This document shows, piece by piece, positions 10,471-20,325 of a DNA stretch of 64,000 nucleotides. The number at the start of each line of letters is the position of its first letter. Positions within the stretch are counted from its first letter, which is position 1. This DNA is from an uncultured Actinomycetes bacterium (GTDB lineage Bacteria > Actinomycetota > UBA4738 > HRBIN12), in the NCBI GenBank assembly GCA_963790335.1, contig CAWBOB010000007.1, forward strand, positions 508,905-572,904. The letters run 5' to 3'. The notes beneath the pieces are model-generated. The model saw only the letters and a program-made list of their open reading frames with translations. It made no database searches and had not been told where the DNA came from. A program made the position numbers and the translations under genes.

Positions 10471-10485
10471 ATACGAGGAGGGCAA

Positions 10486-12318
10486 ATGCCACGCCGTTCC
10501 CCCCCGGCGGCGAGACTGCTCGTCGTCTCGCTCATCCTGACCGTCGCGGTCTTCGTTCCGGCGAATTCCGCCTCCGCCGTCACCCTGTTCACCGACACCT
10601 TCGAGAGCGGCAACCTGTCGGCATGGACCAACACCGGCTCGTTCACGAATCAGCAGGCGATCACCCATGCCGGCGCGTGGGCGGGCCGGGCAACCGCCTC
10701 AGGCGGTCCGGCGTTCGCGAGCAAGACGATCTCGGGCCAGAACGACGTCTATCTCCGCTCGTTCGTGCACGTCGTGAGCCACGCCGGTACGAACCAGCTC
10801 TTGCGCATGGGCTCGTCGACGGGAAGCGGCAGCACGATCTCGCTCATCCTCCTCCAGTCCAACCAGCTGCAGGTGAAGAACCACGTATTGGGCGGGGAGA
10901 ACCGGAACACCGGGGTCACCCTCACCCCAGGCACCTGGGTGGATCTCCAGCTCCACCTCCACATCGGCGGGGCCAACGGTGCGGCAGAGCTCTGGGTCAA
11001 CGGCGTGCCGGCGGGTGGCCTTGCAGGAGCGTGGAACTTCGGCACCACCCCGATCGATAGCGTCGTGCTCGGAGCACAGGCGGGAACGACCCCTGCCATG
11101 GACGTGGTCTACGACGACGTCGAAGCGGCGACCACGTTCATCGGCGGTGGTGGCGGCGACCCCGAGATCCCCCTGACCCCGACCGGCCTGCGGACGACGT
11201 CGGTCGCGCATAACCGGGTAGACCTCACGTGGAACGCCTCGACCGGCGCGACGGGGTACACCGTGTACCGCAACGGCACCCCGATCGGATCCCCCGGAAG
11301 CACCAGCTTCTCCGACGGCACGGTCCTGCCCCAGACGACCTACCAGTACAGCGTCGACGCCTTCAACATCTCTGGCAACTCCGATCCGAGCGACTCCGAT
11401 CACCGTGACGACGCCGGCGGCGCCCACTGGCGGTGGCAACGTAGTCATGGCCGCTGGCGATATCGCGTGCGACCCTGCGAGCAGTTCGTTCAGGGCCGGT
11501 AACGGCACTTCCAGCCAGTGCCGCGCCAAGTACACCGCCCCCTTGCTGGCCGGCGCCGACCGGGTGCTCGCGCTCGGGGACGAGCAGTACGAGTGCGGAG
11601 GCGCCACCGCGTTCGCGCAGAGCTATGACAAGTCTTGGGGGGCGTTCAAGTCCAAGACCTACCCTGCAGTGGGAGACGAGGAGTACGCCACGAGTGGGAC
11701 CGGTTGTGGAGCCTCGGGAGCGGACGGCTACTTCGGCTACTTCGGAGCCGTCGCCAATGGGCCCGAGCGGCTATTACAGCTATGACTTCGGAGGGTGGCA
11801 CTTCGTCGTCCTCAACTCCGAGTGCAATGCGCCCGGTGTCGGCGGCTGTTCGGAGGGCTCGCCCCAGAACAACTGGTTGGAGGCAGATCTTGCGGCGAAC
11901 AGCGAGGTCTGCACGCTCGCCTATTGGCACCGGCCCGCCTTCTTCTCGAAGGTGAACGGCAATCGCACGGCGGGCGCCGCCTCGGCAGTGAGGCCATTCT
12001 GGGATGACCTTCAGTTTGCCGGTGCTGAGATCGTTCTTACCGGACACTCTCACTGGTACGAGCGGTTCCGGCCCCAGAATTCCGCCGGCCAGAACGTCTC
12101 GAACGGCATCGTCGAGTGGGTCGTCGGCACGGGCGGCAAGAGCCACAACACGAACGCGCTGGCGGCGCCCGGCTTCACGCCACGTGAACAGCGTCACGGC
12201 CAACGCATCGACGTTCGGCGTGCTGAAGCTCACGTTGAACCCGACGGGATACGCGTGGCAGTACCTGATCGAGGGAAGCAGCAGCTACAACGACAGCGGC
12301 ACCGCGAGCTGCCACTGA
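10486..12318 (+). CDS. Secreted LamG/lectin-like + fibronectin type III + metallophosphoesterase fusion; three apparent frameshifts (about 11395, 11752, 12178)
   Basis: Signal peptide, then a jelly-roll-like domain, then FN3 (LTPTGLRTTSVAHNRVDLTWNASTGATGYTVYRNG). The phosphoesterase follows in shifted frames (MAAGDIACD, GDEQY, GHSHWYERF, FGVLKLTL...SGTASCH). Stop at 12318. Confidence 0.55.
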
Positions 12319-12340
12319 CCGACCGCAGCGAGGGCCGTGC

Positions 12341-13163
12341 TCAGCGAGCGACGGCTGCCGCGCGCGCGTAGGCGTTCTCGGCCGCACGTCGGGCGCGCGC
12401 GAGCCGGTCGCTCTCGTACCGCGCACTCAGTGCCTGCTTGGCGCGCTCGCGTGCCGCCGAGGGCCGCTGCACCCGGTGCTCGGGCACTTCGGGAGCCGGT
12501 GTGGCGATCCGCACGATCCTTCGTCGCGTGCCGGTACTCGTCCCAGCTGAGCCGACCGGCCAGGAACTCCCCCAGCAGGTGCTGCCATGCGGGGCGGCGG
12601 GCACGTTCCTCGATGATCTCGAAGACCGCCTCGACGTTGTCGGCCGAGTCGTCGAACCGGGCGAAGGAAGTTCCGAACCGCTCGTTCAACCGGTCGATCG
12701 ACCCGCCCACGTCGGTCGTGACGGTCTCGAAGGTCACCACGACCATCGAACCGAGCGAGGGCTCGACCCGCTCGTAGAACTCGGCGTAGGAACGCAGCCA
12801 CTGCGAGATCGGCACGGTGGGCTCGCGGATCGCTGCGGAGAGCACCGTGTCGCGCGGGGGTCTGATCGGCATCATCGTCGGAAGTCCCGCCCGGGTCGCC
12901 GCAAGCAGCTGCGCCGGCGCATGCAGGTGGTGGGCGAGCCGCACATGATCGTTCTGCGCGAGCTGGAACGCGATCACGGCGAAGGTCGAGGCCGACCTCG
13001 TGAACCCGTCGATCACGACCTGCGTGTCGGGCCCGACCGTGCTCTGCGGCTGTCGCCGCCGCATGAGCGGAAGGTAGACGGCGGGGTAGCGAGCCATGAA
13101 GCGGCGCGCGACGTGACGCGACGTGCCCGCGGCGGTCCAGGTCCGCGCAGGGCTCGCTTCCAT
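12341..13163 (-). CDS. Hypothetical protein; apparent frameshift near 12525
   Basis: The long ORF 12285..13163 switches to the 12341..12604 frame, which has a plausible C-terminus (ERAKQALSARYESDRLARARRAAENAYARAAAVAR). No recognisable family. Start uncertain (13163 or 13097). Confidence 0.35.
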
Positions 13164-13257
13164 GGGTGCAATCTACCCGGCGAATCGGCCCCGTCGTATC
13201 GAGGCGTGCCGTGTGTCTACACTGACGGCTTCCCGACGGCACCCAGGAGGTAGCAGC

Positions 13258-13767
13258 ATGCCGACAGCCACGTTCGTGACGAATCAGGGCTCGTTCAGCG
13301 TCACGCTCATGCCCGACCACGCACCGAAGACCGTGCAGAACTTCGTGGACCTCGCGACCGGAAACCGGTCATGGACAGACCCTCGAGACGGTCAAGCCAA
13401 GAGCGAGGCGCTGTATCCGGGCACGATCTTCCATCGGGTGATCGACGGCTTCATGATCCAGGGCGGCGACCCCGCAGGGACCGGCATGGGCGGACCGGGT
13501 TACACGTTCGAGGACGAGGTGCCGGCCGACGGACCGGCGTTCGACCGACCCGGACTGCTGGCCATGGCCAACGCCGGGCCGGGCACGAACGGCAGTCAGT
13601 TCTTCGTGACGGTGGCGCCCTCGGACTGGCTCACCGGCCGACACACGATCTTCGGCGAGGTCAGCGACGGGTACGACGTGGTCGAGCGCATCTCGAAGGT
13701 GCCGACCGGCGCGCAGGACCGTCCGGCCGATGACGTCGTGATCGAGCGTATCGACGTCGAGGAGTGA
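13258..13767 (+). CDS. ppiB: Peptidyl-prolyl cis-trans isomerase, cyclophilin type
   Basis: HRVIDGFMIQGGDP, MANAGPGTNGSQFF and HTIFGEV motifs. Perfect GGAGG RBS 8 nt upstream. Confidence 0.85.
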   Translation: MPTATFVTNQGSFSVTLMPDHAPKTVQNFVDLATGNRSWTDPRDGQAKSEALYPGTIFHRVIDGFMIQGGDPAGTGMGGPGYTFEDEVPADGPAFDRPGLLAMANAGPGTNGSQFFVTVAPSDWLTGRHTIFGEVSDGYDVVERISKVPTGAQDRPADDVVIERIDVEE

Positions 13768-13802
13768 CCCGGACGTTCGCGGTGCCATCTCGACGTGCAC
13801 CG

Positions 13803-14396
13803 TCAGCCGGATCGCTCGAGCCGATAGATCAGATGACCCCAGCCGGCGCGCACGGTGCCGCGCCAGATGTCGAACCCGAGCTTCTCGGCCACGCGGCGTG
13901 ACGGCGTGTTCTCGGGTCTGATCAGCGAGATCAGGAACGGCGTCGCGAGCGTGGCGAACGCCGCGTCGCGGCATGCCGCGCCGGCTTCGGTCGCGATGCC
14001 CCGCCGCTGACGCGAGGCCAGCACGTGCCACCCGAGTTCCACGAACGACTCGCCGTCGGCTTCCTGCACCGTGGGACCGCAGTCACCGATGACCTCGCCG
14101 GTCACTCGGTCCTCGATCGCGAGCAGCCCGAACCCGTCGCGTGCGTACCGCTCGACCTGGCGATCGATCCAGGCGAGCGTGCCCTGGCGGTCGAACGGCG
14201 CCGGGTAGTACCGCATCGACCGCGGGTCGCCGAGCACGGCGAGCATGGCCTCGACGTCGGAGCGGTCGTCGTGGAAGGGCCGCAGGCGGAGGCGGCGGGT
14301 CTCGATCGGGGTCACGATGTGCACGAGCAGCGAGGCTACCCGGGCAGGCCTCCATCGCGGCATACTGCGGCTCGGGGCCGCGGACCGACGGCCCAT
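13803..14396 (-). CDS. GNAT family N-acetyltransferase (RimJ/RimL-like)
   Basis: IETRRLRLRPF N-terminal motif and acetyl-CoA-binding region QRRGIATEAGAA. Start ambiguous (14396, 14363 or GTG 14324). Confidence 0.6.
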   Translation of the reverse strand: MGRRSAAPSRSMPRWRPARVASLLVHIVTPIETRRLRLRPFHDDRSDVEAMLAVLGDPRSMRYYPAPFDRQGTLAWIDRQVERYARDGFGLLAIEDRVTGEVIGDCGPTVQEADGESFVELGWHVLASRQRRGIATEAGAACRDAAFATLATPFLISLIRPENTPSRRVAEKLGFDIWRGTVRAGWGHLIYRLERSG

Positions 14397-14428
14397 GTCG
14401 CTCGACGCTCAACGAGGGAGGCACCGTC

Positions 14429-15415
14429 ATGACCGACCGCCCGAACGTGCTCGTCACCCGCCCGATCATGGACGTGCCGCTCGCGCGGTTGCAGGAACGC
14501 TGCGACGTCACGGTGCACGAGAACGACTTCGGCATCCCCCGCGACGAGCTGCTGAAGGTCGTCGCCGGTCGCGACGCGATCGTGACCATGCTCACGGAGA
14601 AGGTCGACGCCGAGTTCCTCGAGGCAGCCGGGCCGCAGCTCGCGATCGTCGCGAACCACGCCGTCGGGTTCGACAACGTCGACGTCGACGCGTGCACCGC
14701 CGCCGGCGTGCTCGCGACGAACACGCCCGATGTGCTCACCGAGACGACCGCCGACACGGCGTTCGCGCTGTTGATGGCTGGGGCACGCCGGGTCGGCGAG
14801 GGCGAGCGGTTCCTGCGCGCGGGCACGCCGTGGATCTGGGGTCCGCTGATGATGCTCGGTCAGGACGTGCATCACAAGACGATCGGCATCGTCGGCTTCG
14901 GACGCATCGGCCAGGCCGTCGCGCGTCGAGCGAAGGGCTTCGGCATGCGCGTGGTCTACGCCGATGCGATCCAGCTTCCTGCCGAGGTGGAAGCCGAGAC
15001 CGGTGCGGAGCGGCTCGAGCTCTCTGACCTGCTCGGGCAGGCCGACTTCGTCTCGATCCACACGAACCTCACGCCCGAGACGCGCCACCTGTTCGACGCC
15101 GACGCGTTCCGCGCGATGAAGCCCACTGCCGTCGTCGTGAACACCTCCCGCGGACCGGTGATCGACGAGTCGGCCCTCGCCGACGCGCTGGAGACCGGTG
15201 AGATCTTCGCGGCCGGCCTCGATGTCTTCGAACGTGAGCCCGAGGTGGAAGCCCGCCTGCTCAAGCTCGAGAACGCCGTCGTGATCCCGCACCTCGGCAG
15301 CGCCACGGTCGACACGCGCAACGCCATGGGCGAGGTGGTCGTCGACAACGTCTTCGCGGCCATCGACGGGACCCGCCCGCCGACCCTGCTGAACCCCGAC
15401 GCATTCTCGGGGTGA
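14429..15415 (+). CDS. hprA: D-isomer-specific 2-hydroxyacid dehydrogenase (glyoxylate/hydroxypyruvate reductase)
   Basis: NAD-binding GIVGFGRIGQAVARRA and a catalytic His near the C-terminus. GGGAGG RBS. First gene of the serine-cycle block. Confidence 0.75.
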   Translation: MTDRPNVLVTRPIMDVPLARLQERCDVTVHENDFGIPRDELLKVVAGRDAIVTMLTEKVDAEFLEAAGPQLAIVANHAVGFDNVDVDACTAAGVLATNTPDVLTETTADTAFALLMAGARRVGEGERFLRAGTPWIWGPLMMLGQDVHHKTIGIVGFGRIGQAVARRAKGFGMRVVYADAIQLPAEVEAETGAERLELSDLLGQADFVSIHTNLTPETRHLFDADAFRAMKPTAVVVNTSRGPVIDESALADALETGEIFAAGLDVFEREPEVEARLLKLENAVVIPHLGSATVDTRNAMGEVVVDNVFAAIDGTRPPTLLNPDAFSG

Positions 15416-15419
15416 TCCC

Positions 15420-18023
15420 GTGACGAGCCGCTCGGGCTCGGGCCGGCGAGACCCACGTGGCCGGGGACCCCGCTCGAGGGCGCTCCGCGGTGACGTGCGC
15501 CTGCTGACCACGATGCTCGGCGACGCGATCGCCGAGAGCGGCGGCGCCGATCTACTCGCCGAGGTCGAGGCCCTGCGCACGGCGACCATCGCCTACCGCG
15601 GACACCCCACGCGTGCGCGCCTGCAGCGAGTCACCGAGCTCGTCGACGGCCTCGACCTGCGGCGGGCCGAGGACGTGATCAGGGCGTTCACGTGCTACTT
15701 CCAACTCGTCAACCTCGCGGAGGAACGCCATCGGGTGCGGACCCTCCGGCGCCGCGCGAGGTCGGGAACGCCGGTGAAGGACTCGATCGCAGCGCTCGAC
15801 CACGTCGAGGTCGACGATCTGCGCATCCGGCCTGTGCTGACTGCTCACCCGACCGAGGCGAAGCGGCGCGCCGTCGTCGAGCACCTCTGGCGCATCGGCA
15901 CCCTCGTCGAGCAGCTCGAGGATCTGCCGCTCGGGGCGTCGGAGGAGCAGGAGGTGCGCCGGCGTCTGCGCGAGGAGATCGCCGGTCTGTGGCGCACCGA
16001 TCCGATCAGACCTCATCGTCCCGAGCCGCTCGACGAGGTACGCGCGGTGCTCGCGTTGTTCGATCAGACGATCTTCACGACGCTCCCCGCCGTCATGCGC
16101 GAGATGGACCGCCGCCTCGATCCCGACAGGGTCGGCACCAGGCCGCCCGGGTTCGAGACCTTCCTGCGCTGGGGCACCTGGGTGGGCGGCGACCGCGACG
16201 GGAACCCGGGGGTCACGGCCGAGGTCACCCGCGCCGCGATGTCGATCCAGTCCGACCACGTGCTGCGCGGGTTGGAGGCCGCATCGCGCAGGATCGCCCG
16301 CACGTTGTCGGTCTCCGATCGCGACGTGCCTCCGACGAGGTCGCTGCGCCGAGCGCTCTCGCGGACCGCAGACGAGTTGCCGCGGGTCGCGGCCGAGCTC
16401 GAGCGCAAGCTGTCCGACGCACCGCACCGGCGCATGTTGGGGCTCGCCGCCCACCGGCTCGCCGCCACCCGGGAGGGGACGCCCGGCGGCTATGGCTCTC
16501 CGTCGGAGCTGGTGGGTGACATCGACGTGCTGCAGGGGTCGCTCGACCGAGGGGGCGCTCCGCGTCTGGCCTACGGTGAGCTCCAACATCTCCGATGGCA
16601 GGTGGAAGCCTTCGGTTTCCACCTGGCCTCGATGGAGGTGCGGCAGCACTCGAGCGTGCTCGCGGCCGCCCTCTCGGAGATCACCGGCGACGGTCGTGCC
16701 GGGGTGAAGCCCTCGCCCCAGGCGCGGGAGGTCGTGGCGACCTTCCGCGCGATCGCCGAGATCCAGCAGCGGTTCGGAACCGAGGCGTGTGATCACGTCG
16801 TGGTGAGCTTCACCCGCTCCGCCGACGATCTCGCCGGGGTGGTCCGGCTGGCTCGCCTCGCCGTTCCCGAGGAACCGCCCGAGGTCGTGCCGGTCCCGTT
16901 GCTGGAATCTCGCCGAGACCTCGCCGCCGCCACGGGCATCCTCGACGAGTGGCTCGCGATGCCCGAGGGTCGCCGGTTGCTGCGGCGCCGCGAGGGCGAG
17001 CTCGAGGTCATGGTGGGCTACTCCGATTCCGCGAAGGAAGCCGGCATGCTCGCCGCGAACCTCGAGCTCTACCGTGCGCAGCGGGAGATGGCCACCTGGG
17101 CCGGGAACCGCGGTGTGCGGCTCACGATCTTCCACGGGCGCGGCGGGGCCCTGGGGCGTGGCGGAGGCCCCGCCAGTGATGCCATCACCGCGCAGCCGCC
17201 GGGCTCGGTCGCGGGCAGGCTCAAGGTCACCGAACAGGGTGAGGTGGCGTTCGCCCGGTACGGCAACCCGGCCCTCGCCCGCCGGCACCTGGAGCAGATC
17301 ACGAACGCGGTCGTCCGGGCGTCGACGGCAACCGCGACCGGCGACCCGGCCGACCGGTTCGCCGGGGAGATCGAGCAGCTGTCGACGGCGTCACGCGAGC
17401 ACTACGAGGCGCTCGTGCACGACCCAGGCTTCGTCGAGCTCTTCCGGCACGTCACGCCCATCGCGCAGATCGGCACGCTCCCGATCGCCTCGCGTCCGAC
17501 CTCCCGTGGCATCGGTGACGCGACGGCGCTCGAGGACCTCCGCGCGATCCCGTGGGTCTTCGCCTGGGGGCAGAGCCGCGTCAACCTCACCGGTTGGTAC
17601 GGACTGGGTGCCGGGCTCGCGGCGGTCGCCGACCGGCGCGGCGGCCTGACGACGCTCCGCGCGATGGCGCGCGAGTGGCCCTTCTTCTCCACGCTCCTCG
17701 ACAACGCCGAGCTCTCCCTCGCGAAGGCCGACCCGGCGATCGCCCGCCGCTACCTCGCCCGGGGGAAGCGGCCCGACCTCAGCGCGAGGATCCTCGACGA
17801 GATGTCCCGCACGACCGAGCTCGTGCTCTCGGTGAGCGGGCACGACCGGCTGCTCGACGGACGCCCCGACCTGCAACGAGCCATCGAGTACCGCAACCCT
17901 TACGTCGATGCGCTGTCGTTCCTGCAGATCCGCTTCCTCGACGAGCGCCCGGGGGCGCGCACCGAGCGGTTGATCCAGGCATCGATCTCCGGTGTCGCGG
18001 CGGGCCTGCAGAACACCGGATGA
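15420..18023 (+). CDS. ppc: Phosphoenolpyruvate carboxylase
   Basis: Hallmark motifs LTAHPTE, VMVGYSDSAKEAG and FHGRGGALGRGGGP. 867 aa. GTG start 5 nt after the hprA stop. Confidence 0.9.
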   Translation: MTSRSGSGRRDPRGRGPRSRALRGDVRLLTTMLGDAIAESGGADLLAEVEALRTATIAYRGHPTRARLQRVTELVDGLDLRRAEDVIRAFTCYFQLVNLAEERHRVRTLRRRARSGTPVKDSIAALDHVEVDDLRIRPVLTAHPTEAKRRAVVEHLWRIGTLVEQLEDLPLGASEEQEVRRRLREEIAGLWRTDPIRPHRPEPLDEVRAVLALFDQTIFTTLPAVMREMDRRLDPDRVGTRPPGFETFLRWGTWVGGDRDGNPGVTAEVTRAAMSIQSDHVLRGLEAASRRIARTLSVSDRDVPPTRSLRRALSRTADELPRVAAELERKLSDAPHRRMLGLAAHRLAATREGTPGGYGSPSELVGDIDVLQGSLDRGGAPRLAYGELQHLRWQVEAFGFHLASMEVRQHSSVLAAALSEITGDGRAGVKPSPQAREVVATFRAIAEIQQRFGTEACDHVVVSFTRSADDLAGVVRLARLAVPEEPPEVVPVPLLESRRDLAAATGILDEWLAMPEGRRLLRRREGELEVMVGYSDSAKEAGMLAANLELYRAQREMATWAGNRGVRLTIFHGRGGALGRGGGPASDAITAQPPGSVAGRLKVTEQGEVAFARYGNPALARRHLEQITNAVVRASTATATGDPADRFAGEIEQLSTASREHYEALVHDPGFVELFRHVTPIAQIGTLPIASRPTSRGIGDATALEDLRAIPWVFAWGQSRVNLTGWYGLGAGLAAVADRRGGLTTLRAMAREWPFFSTLLDNAELSLAKADPAIARRYLARGKRPDLSARILDEMSRTTELVLSVSGHDRLLDGRPDLQRAIEYRNPYVDALSFLQIRFLDERPGARTERLIQASISGVAAGLQNTG

Positions 18024-18087
18024 GCTGTCGTCGCCGGCCTCCCCGGCTATCGGCGGTGGGCGCTTCCGTGCCATACTCGGCGCTTCC

Positions 18088-18132
18088 TTGAACCCGTGTT
18101 CAAGTGAGGAGCGGCCCGCGGCAGCCCGCGGG
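18088..18132 (+). promoter_or_regulatory. Palindrome TTGAACccgtGTTCAA, then a 7-bp hairpin (CCCGCGG cagc CCGCGGG), directly upstream of the sga SD
   Basis: In the 123-bp gap between ppc and sga. Candidate regulator site and/or processing/attenuation hairpin. Confidence 0.3.
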
Positions 18133-18146
18133 AGGGAGGAAGCATC

Positions 18147-19286
18147 ATGAGCGACGCGACCTTGCCGGTGCTCGAGCCAGGTGACCGGCTGCTCTGCGGC
18201 CCCGGCCCGTCGAACGTGCATCCAGCGGTGCTCGACGCGATGCGTTTGCCGATGAACGGTCACCTCGACCCGGACTTCTGGGACATCCTCGTCGACCTGG
18301 TCAGCGGGCTGCGGGCGCTCTGGCGCCGCCCCGAGGGCGGGCTCACGATCGCGCTGAGCTCGTCGGGTACGAGCGCGATGGAAGCCGGATTCATGAACCT
18401 GATCGACCCCGGCGAAACGGTGATCAGCTGCCACTGGGGATTCTTCGGCTCGAGGCTGAACGACTTCGCCCATCGGGTGGGCGCCAACGTGGTCGAGCTC
18501 ACGACCGAGCTCGGGCAGATCGTGAGCGTCGATCGCATCATGCAGACGCTCGCGGCGAATCCCGGCACGAAGATCGTGAGCGTCGTGCACGCCGAGACCT
18601 CGACCGGCGCGGAGTTCCCGCTACAGGAGCTCGCCGAGGCGATGCGCGCGAGCGGCTCCGAGGCGCTGCTGTATGCCGACTGCGTCACCTCGCTCGGCGG
18701 CCAGCAGGTCGAGGCCGAGGCCTGGGGCATCGACTACGGCTACTCCTGCTCGCAGAAATCGCTGGGATGCCCGCCGGGGATCGCGCCGGTGACGGTCAGC
18801 GAGCGCGCGGTCGGCGCGATGTCGCGCCACCAGGGACCCGTGCCCTACTACTACGACTTCGAGGAGCTCTCCAAGTACTGGATCGACCGCCCCATCACCT
18901 ACCACCACACGATGCCGATCCTGCAGTACTACGCGCTGTACACCGGCATCGCGCTCGCCCTCGAGGAGGGGCTCGAGTCCCGATGGGAGCGCAACGCCGA
19001 CGCCGGGCGCTACTTCCAGGACGAGATCCGGGCACGTGGCTTCGAGCTGCTCGCCGACGCCGGCCACCAGCTCGTGGAGCTCACGGCGATCAAGGTGCCC
19101 GAGGGCGTGGACGGCAAGGAGATCCAGACGCGCATCCTGCGCGAGCACGGCATCGAGGTCGGCGGCGGACTCGGTCCGAAGGCGCCACCTATCTGGCGCG
19201 TCGGGCTCATGGGCGTCAACGCCAACCGCGAGACCGCCGATCGCGTGCTCGCGGCGTTCGACGCGGTGCTGCCGCGCTCGTCCTGA
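18147..19286 (+). CDS. sgaA: Serine-glyoxylate / alanine-glyoxylate aminotransferase (class V, PLP-dependent)
   Basis: Class-V aminotransferase fold with SCSQKSLGCPPG PLP-lysine region. GGAGGGAGG RBS. Confidence 0.75.
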   Translation: MSDATLPVLEPGDRLLCGPGPSNVHPAVLDAMRLPMNGHLDPDFWDILVDLVSGLRALWRRPEGGLTIALSSSGTSAMEAGFMNLIDPGETVISCHWGFFGSRLNDFAHRVGANVVELTTELGQIVSVDRIMQTLAANPGTKIVSVVHAETSTGAEFPLQELAEAMRASGSEALLYADCVTSLGGQQVEAEAWGIDYGYSCSQKSLGCPPGIAPVTVSERAVGAMSRHQGPVPYYYDFEELSKYWIDRPITYHHTMPILQYYALYTGIALALEEGLESRWERNADAGRYFQDEIRARGFELLADAGHQLVELTAIKVPEGVDGKEIQTRILREHGIEVGGGLGPKAPPIWRVGLMGVNANRETADRVLAAFDAVLPRSS

Positions 19287-19293
19287 GCTCCGC

Positions 19294-20256
19294 ATGATCA
19301 AGGCCAGGCTGCACCGCAGTGAGCTCGCCGTGCCGGGCACGAACCTGCGCGCCATGTCGAAGGCGCCCTCGCTCGGCGCCGACGTCGTCTTCCTCGATCT
19401 CGAGGATGCCGTGGCTCCCGACGACAAGGAGCAGGCGCGCGCGAACGTGATCGAGGCGCTCGGTGCCCACGATTGGTCGGGGTGTGCGATCAGCGTCCGC
19501 GTGAACGGCCTCGATACGCACTGGTGCTACCGCGACGTCGTCGACGTGGTCGAGGCGCGCGGCGAGGTGCTCGACACGGTGCTCGTGCCCAAGGTCGGCT
19601 CGCCGTCGGACGTCGAGTTCATCGCGACCCTGCTCGACCAGATCGAGCAGCGCAACGGCTGGGAGCCGGGAAGGATCGGCATCCACATCCTGATCGAGAC
19701 GGCCGCCGGCATGGCGAACGTCGAGGCGATCTCGCGGGCGCGGCCCGACCGGCTCGAGGCCATGGTGTTCGGGGTGGCCGACTACGCGGCGAGCGTGCAG
19801 GCGCGCACGACGAACATCGGCGGCGCGAACCCCGACTACTCCGTGCTCACCGATCCCGCCGACGACGGCTCGCGGGCGACGCACTGGGGCGACCAGTGGC
19901 ACTTCGGCATCTCGCGCATGGTGGCGGCGTGCCGGGCGCAGGGCCTCCGACCGATCGATGGGCCGTTCGGCGAGTTCGCCGACGCGGACGGGTTCCGTAG
20001 CGCAGCACGCCGGGCCGCGGCGCTCGGGTGCGAGGGCAAATGGGCGATCCACCCGTCGCAGGTCGACCTCGCGAACGAGGTCTTCACGCCGGCCGAGGCC
20101 GAGGTGGATCGGGCCGAGCGCATCCTGCAGGCGATGGAAGAAGGCGCGAAGCAGGGCAAGGGGGCCGTCTCGCTCGACGGCCGTCTGATCGATGCAGCCT
20201 CGATCCGCATGGCCGAGAACCTGATGCGCAAGGTCGAGCAGATGCGCGCCCGCTGA
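19294..20256 (+). CDS. mcl: Malyl-CoA lyase (HpcH/HpaI / CitE-like aldolase family)
   Basis: CitE-like beta-subunit family (VPGTNLRAMSKA...DLEDAVAPDDK...ILIETAAGMANVEAI). About 320 aa. Sits between sga and mtkA. Confidence 0.65.
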   Translation: MIKARLHRSELAVPGTNLRAMSKAPSLGADVVFLDLEDAVAPDDKEQARANVIEALGAHDWSGCAISVRVNGLDTHWCYRDVVDVVEARGEVLDTVLVPKVGSPSDVEFIATLLDQIEQRNGWEPGRIGIHILIETAAGMANVEAISRARPDRLEAMVFGVADYAASVQARTTNIGGANPDYSVLTDPADDGSRATHWGDQWHFGISRMVAACRAQGLRPIDGPFGEFADADGFRSAARRAAALGCEGKWAIHPSQVDLANEVFTPAEAEVDRAERILQAMEEGAKQGKGAVSLDGRLIDAASIRMAENLMRKVEQMRAR

Positions 20257-20325
20257 CGGACACGCATCCCGAGAGGAACCGAGCCCGCCGACGGGCTCGC
20301 GCGACGAGGGAGAACGAGGGTCGAG

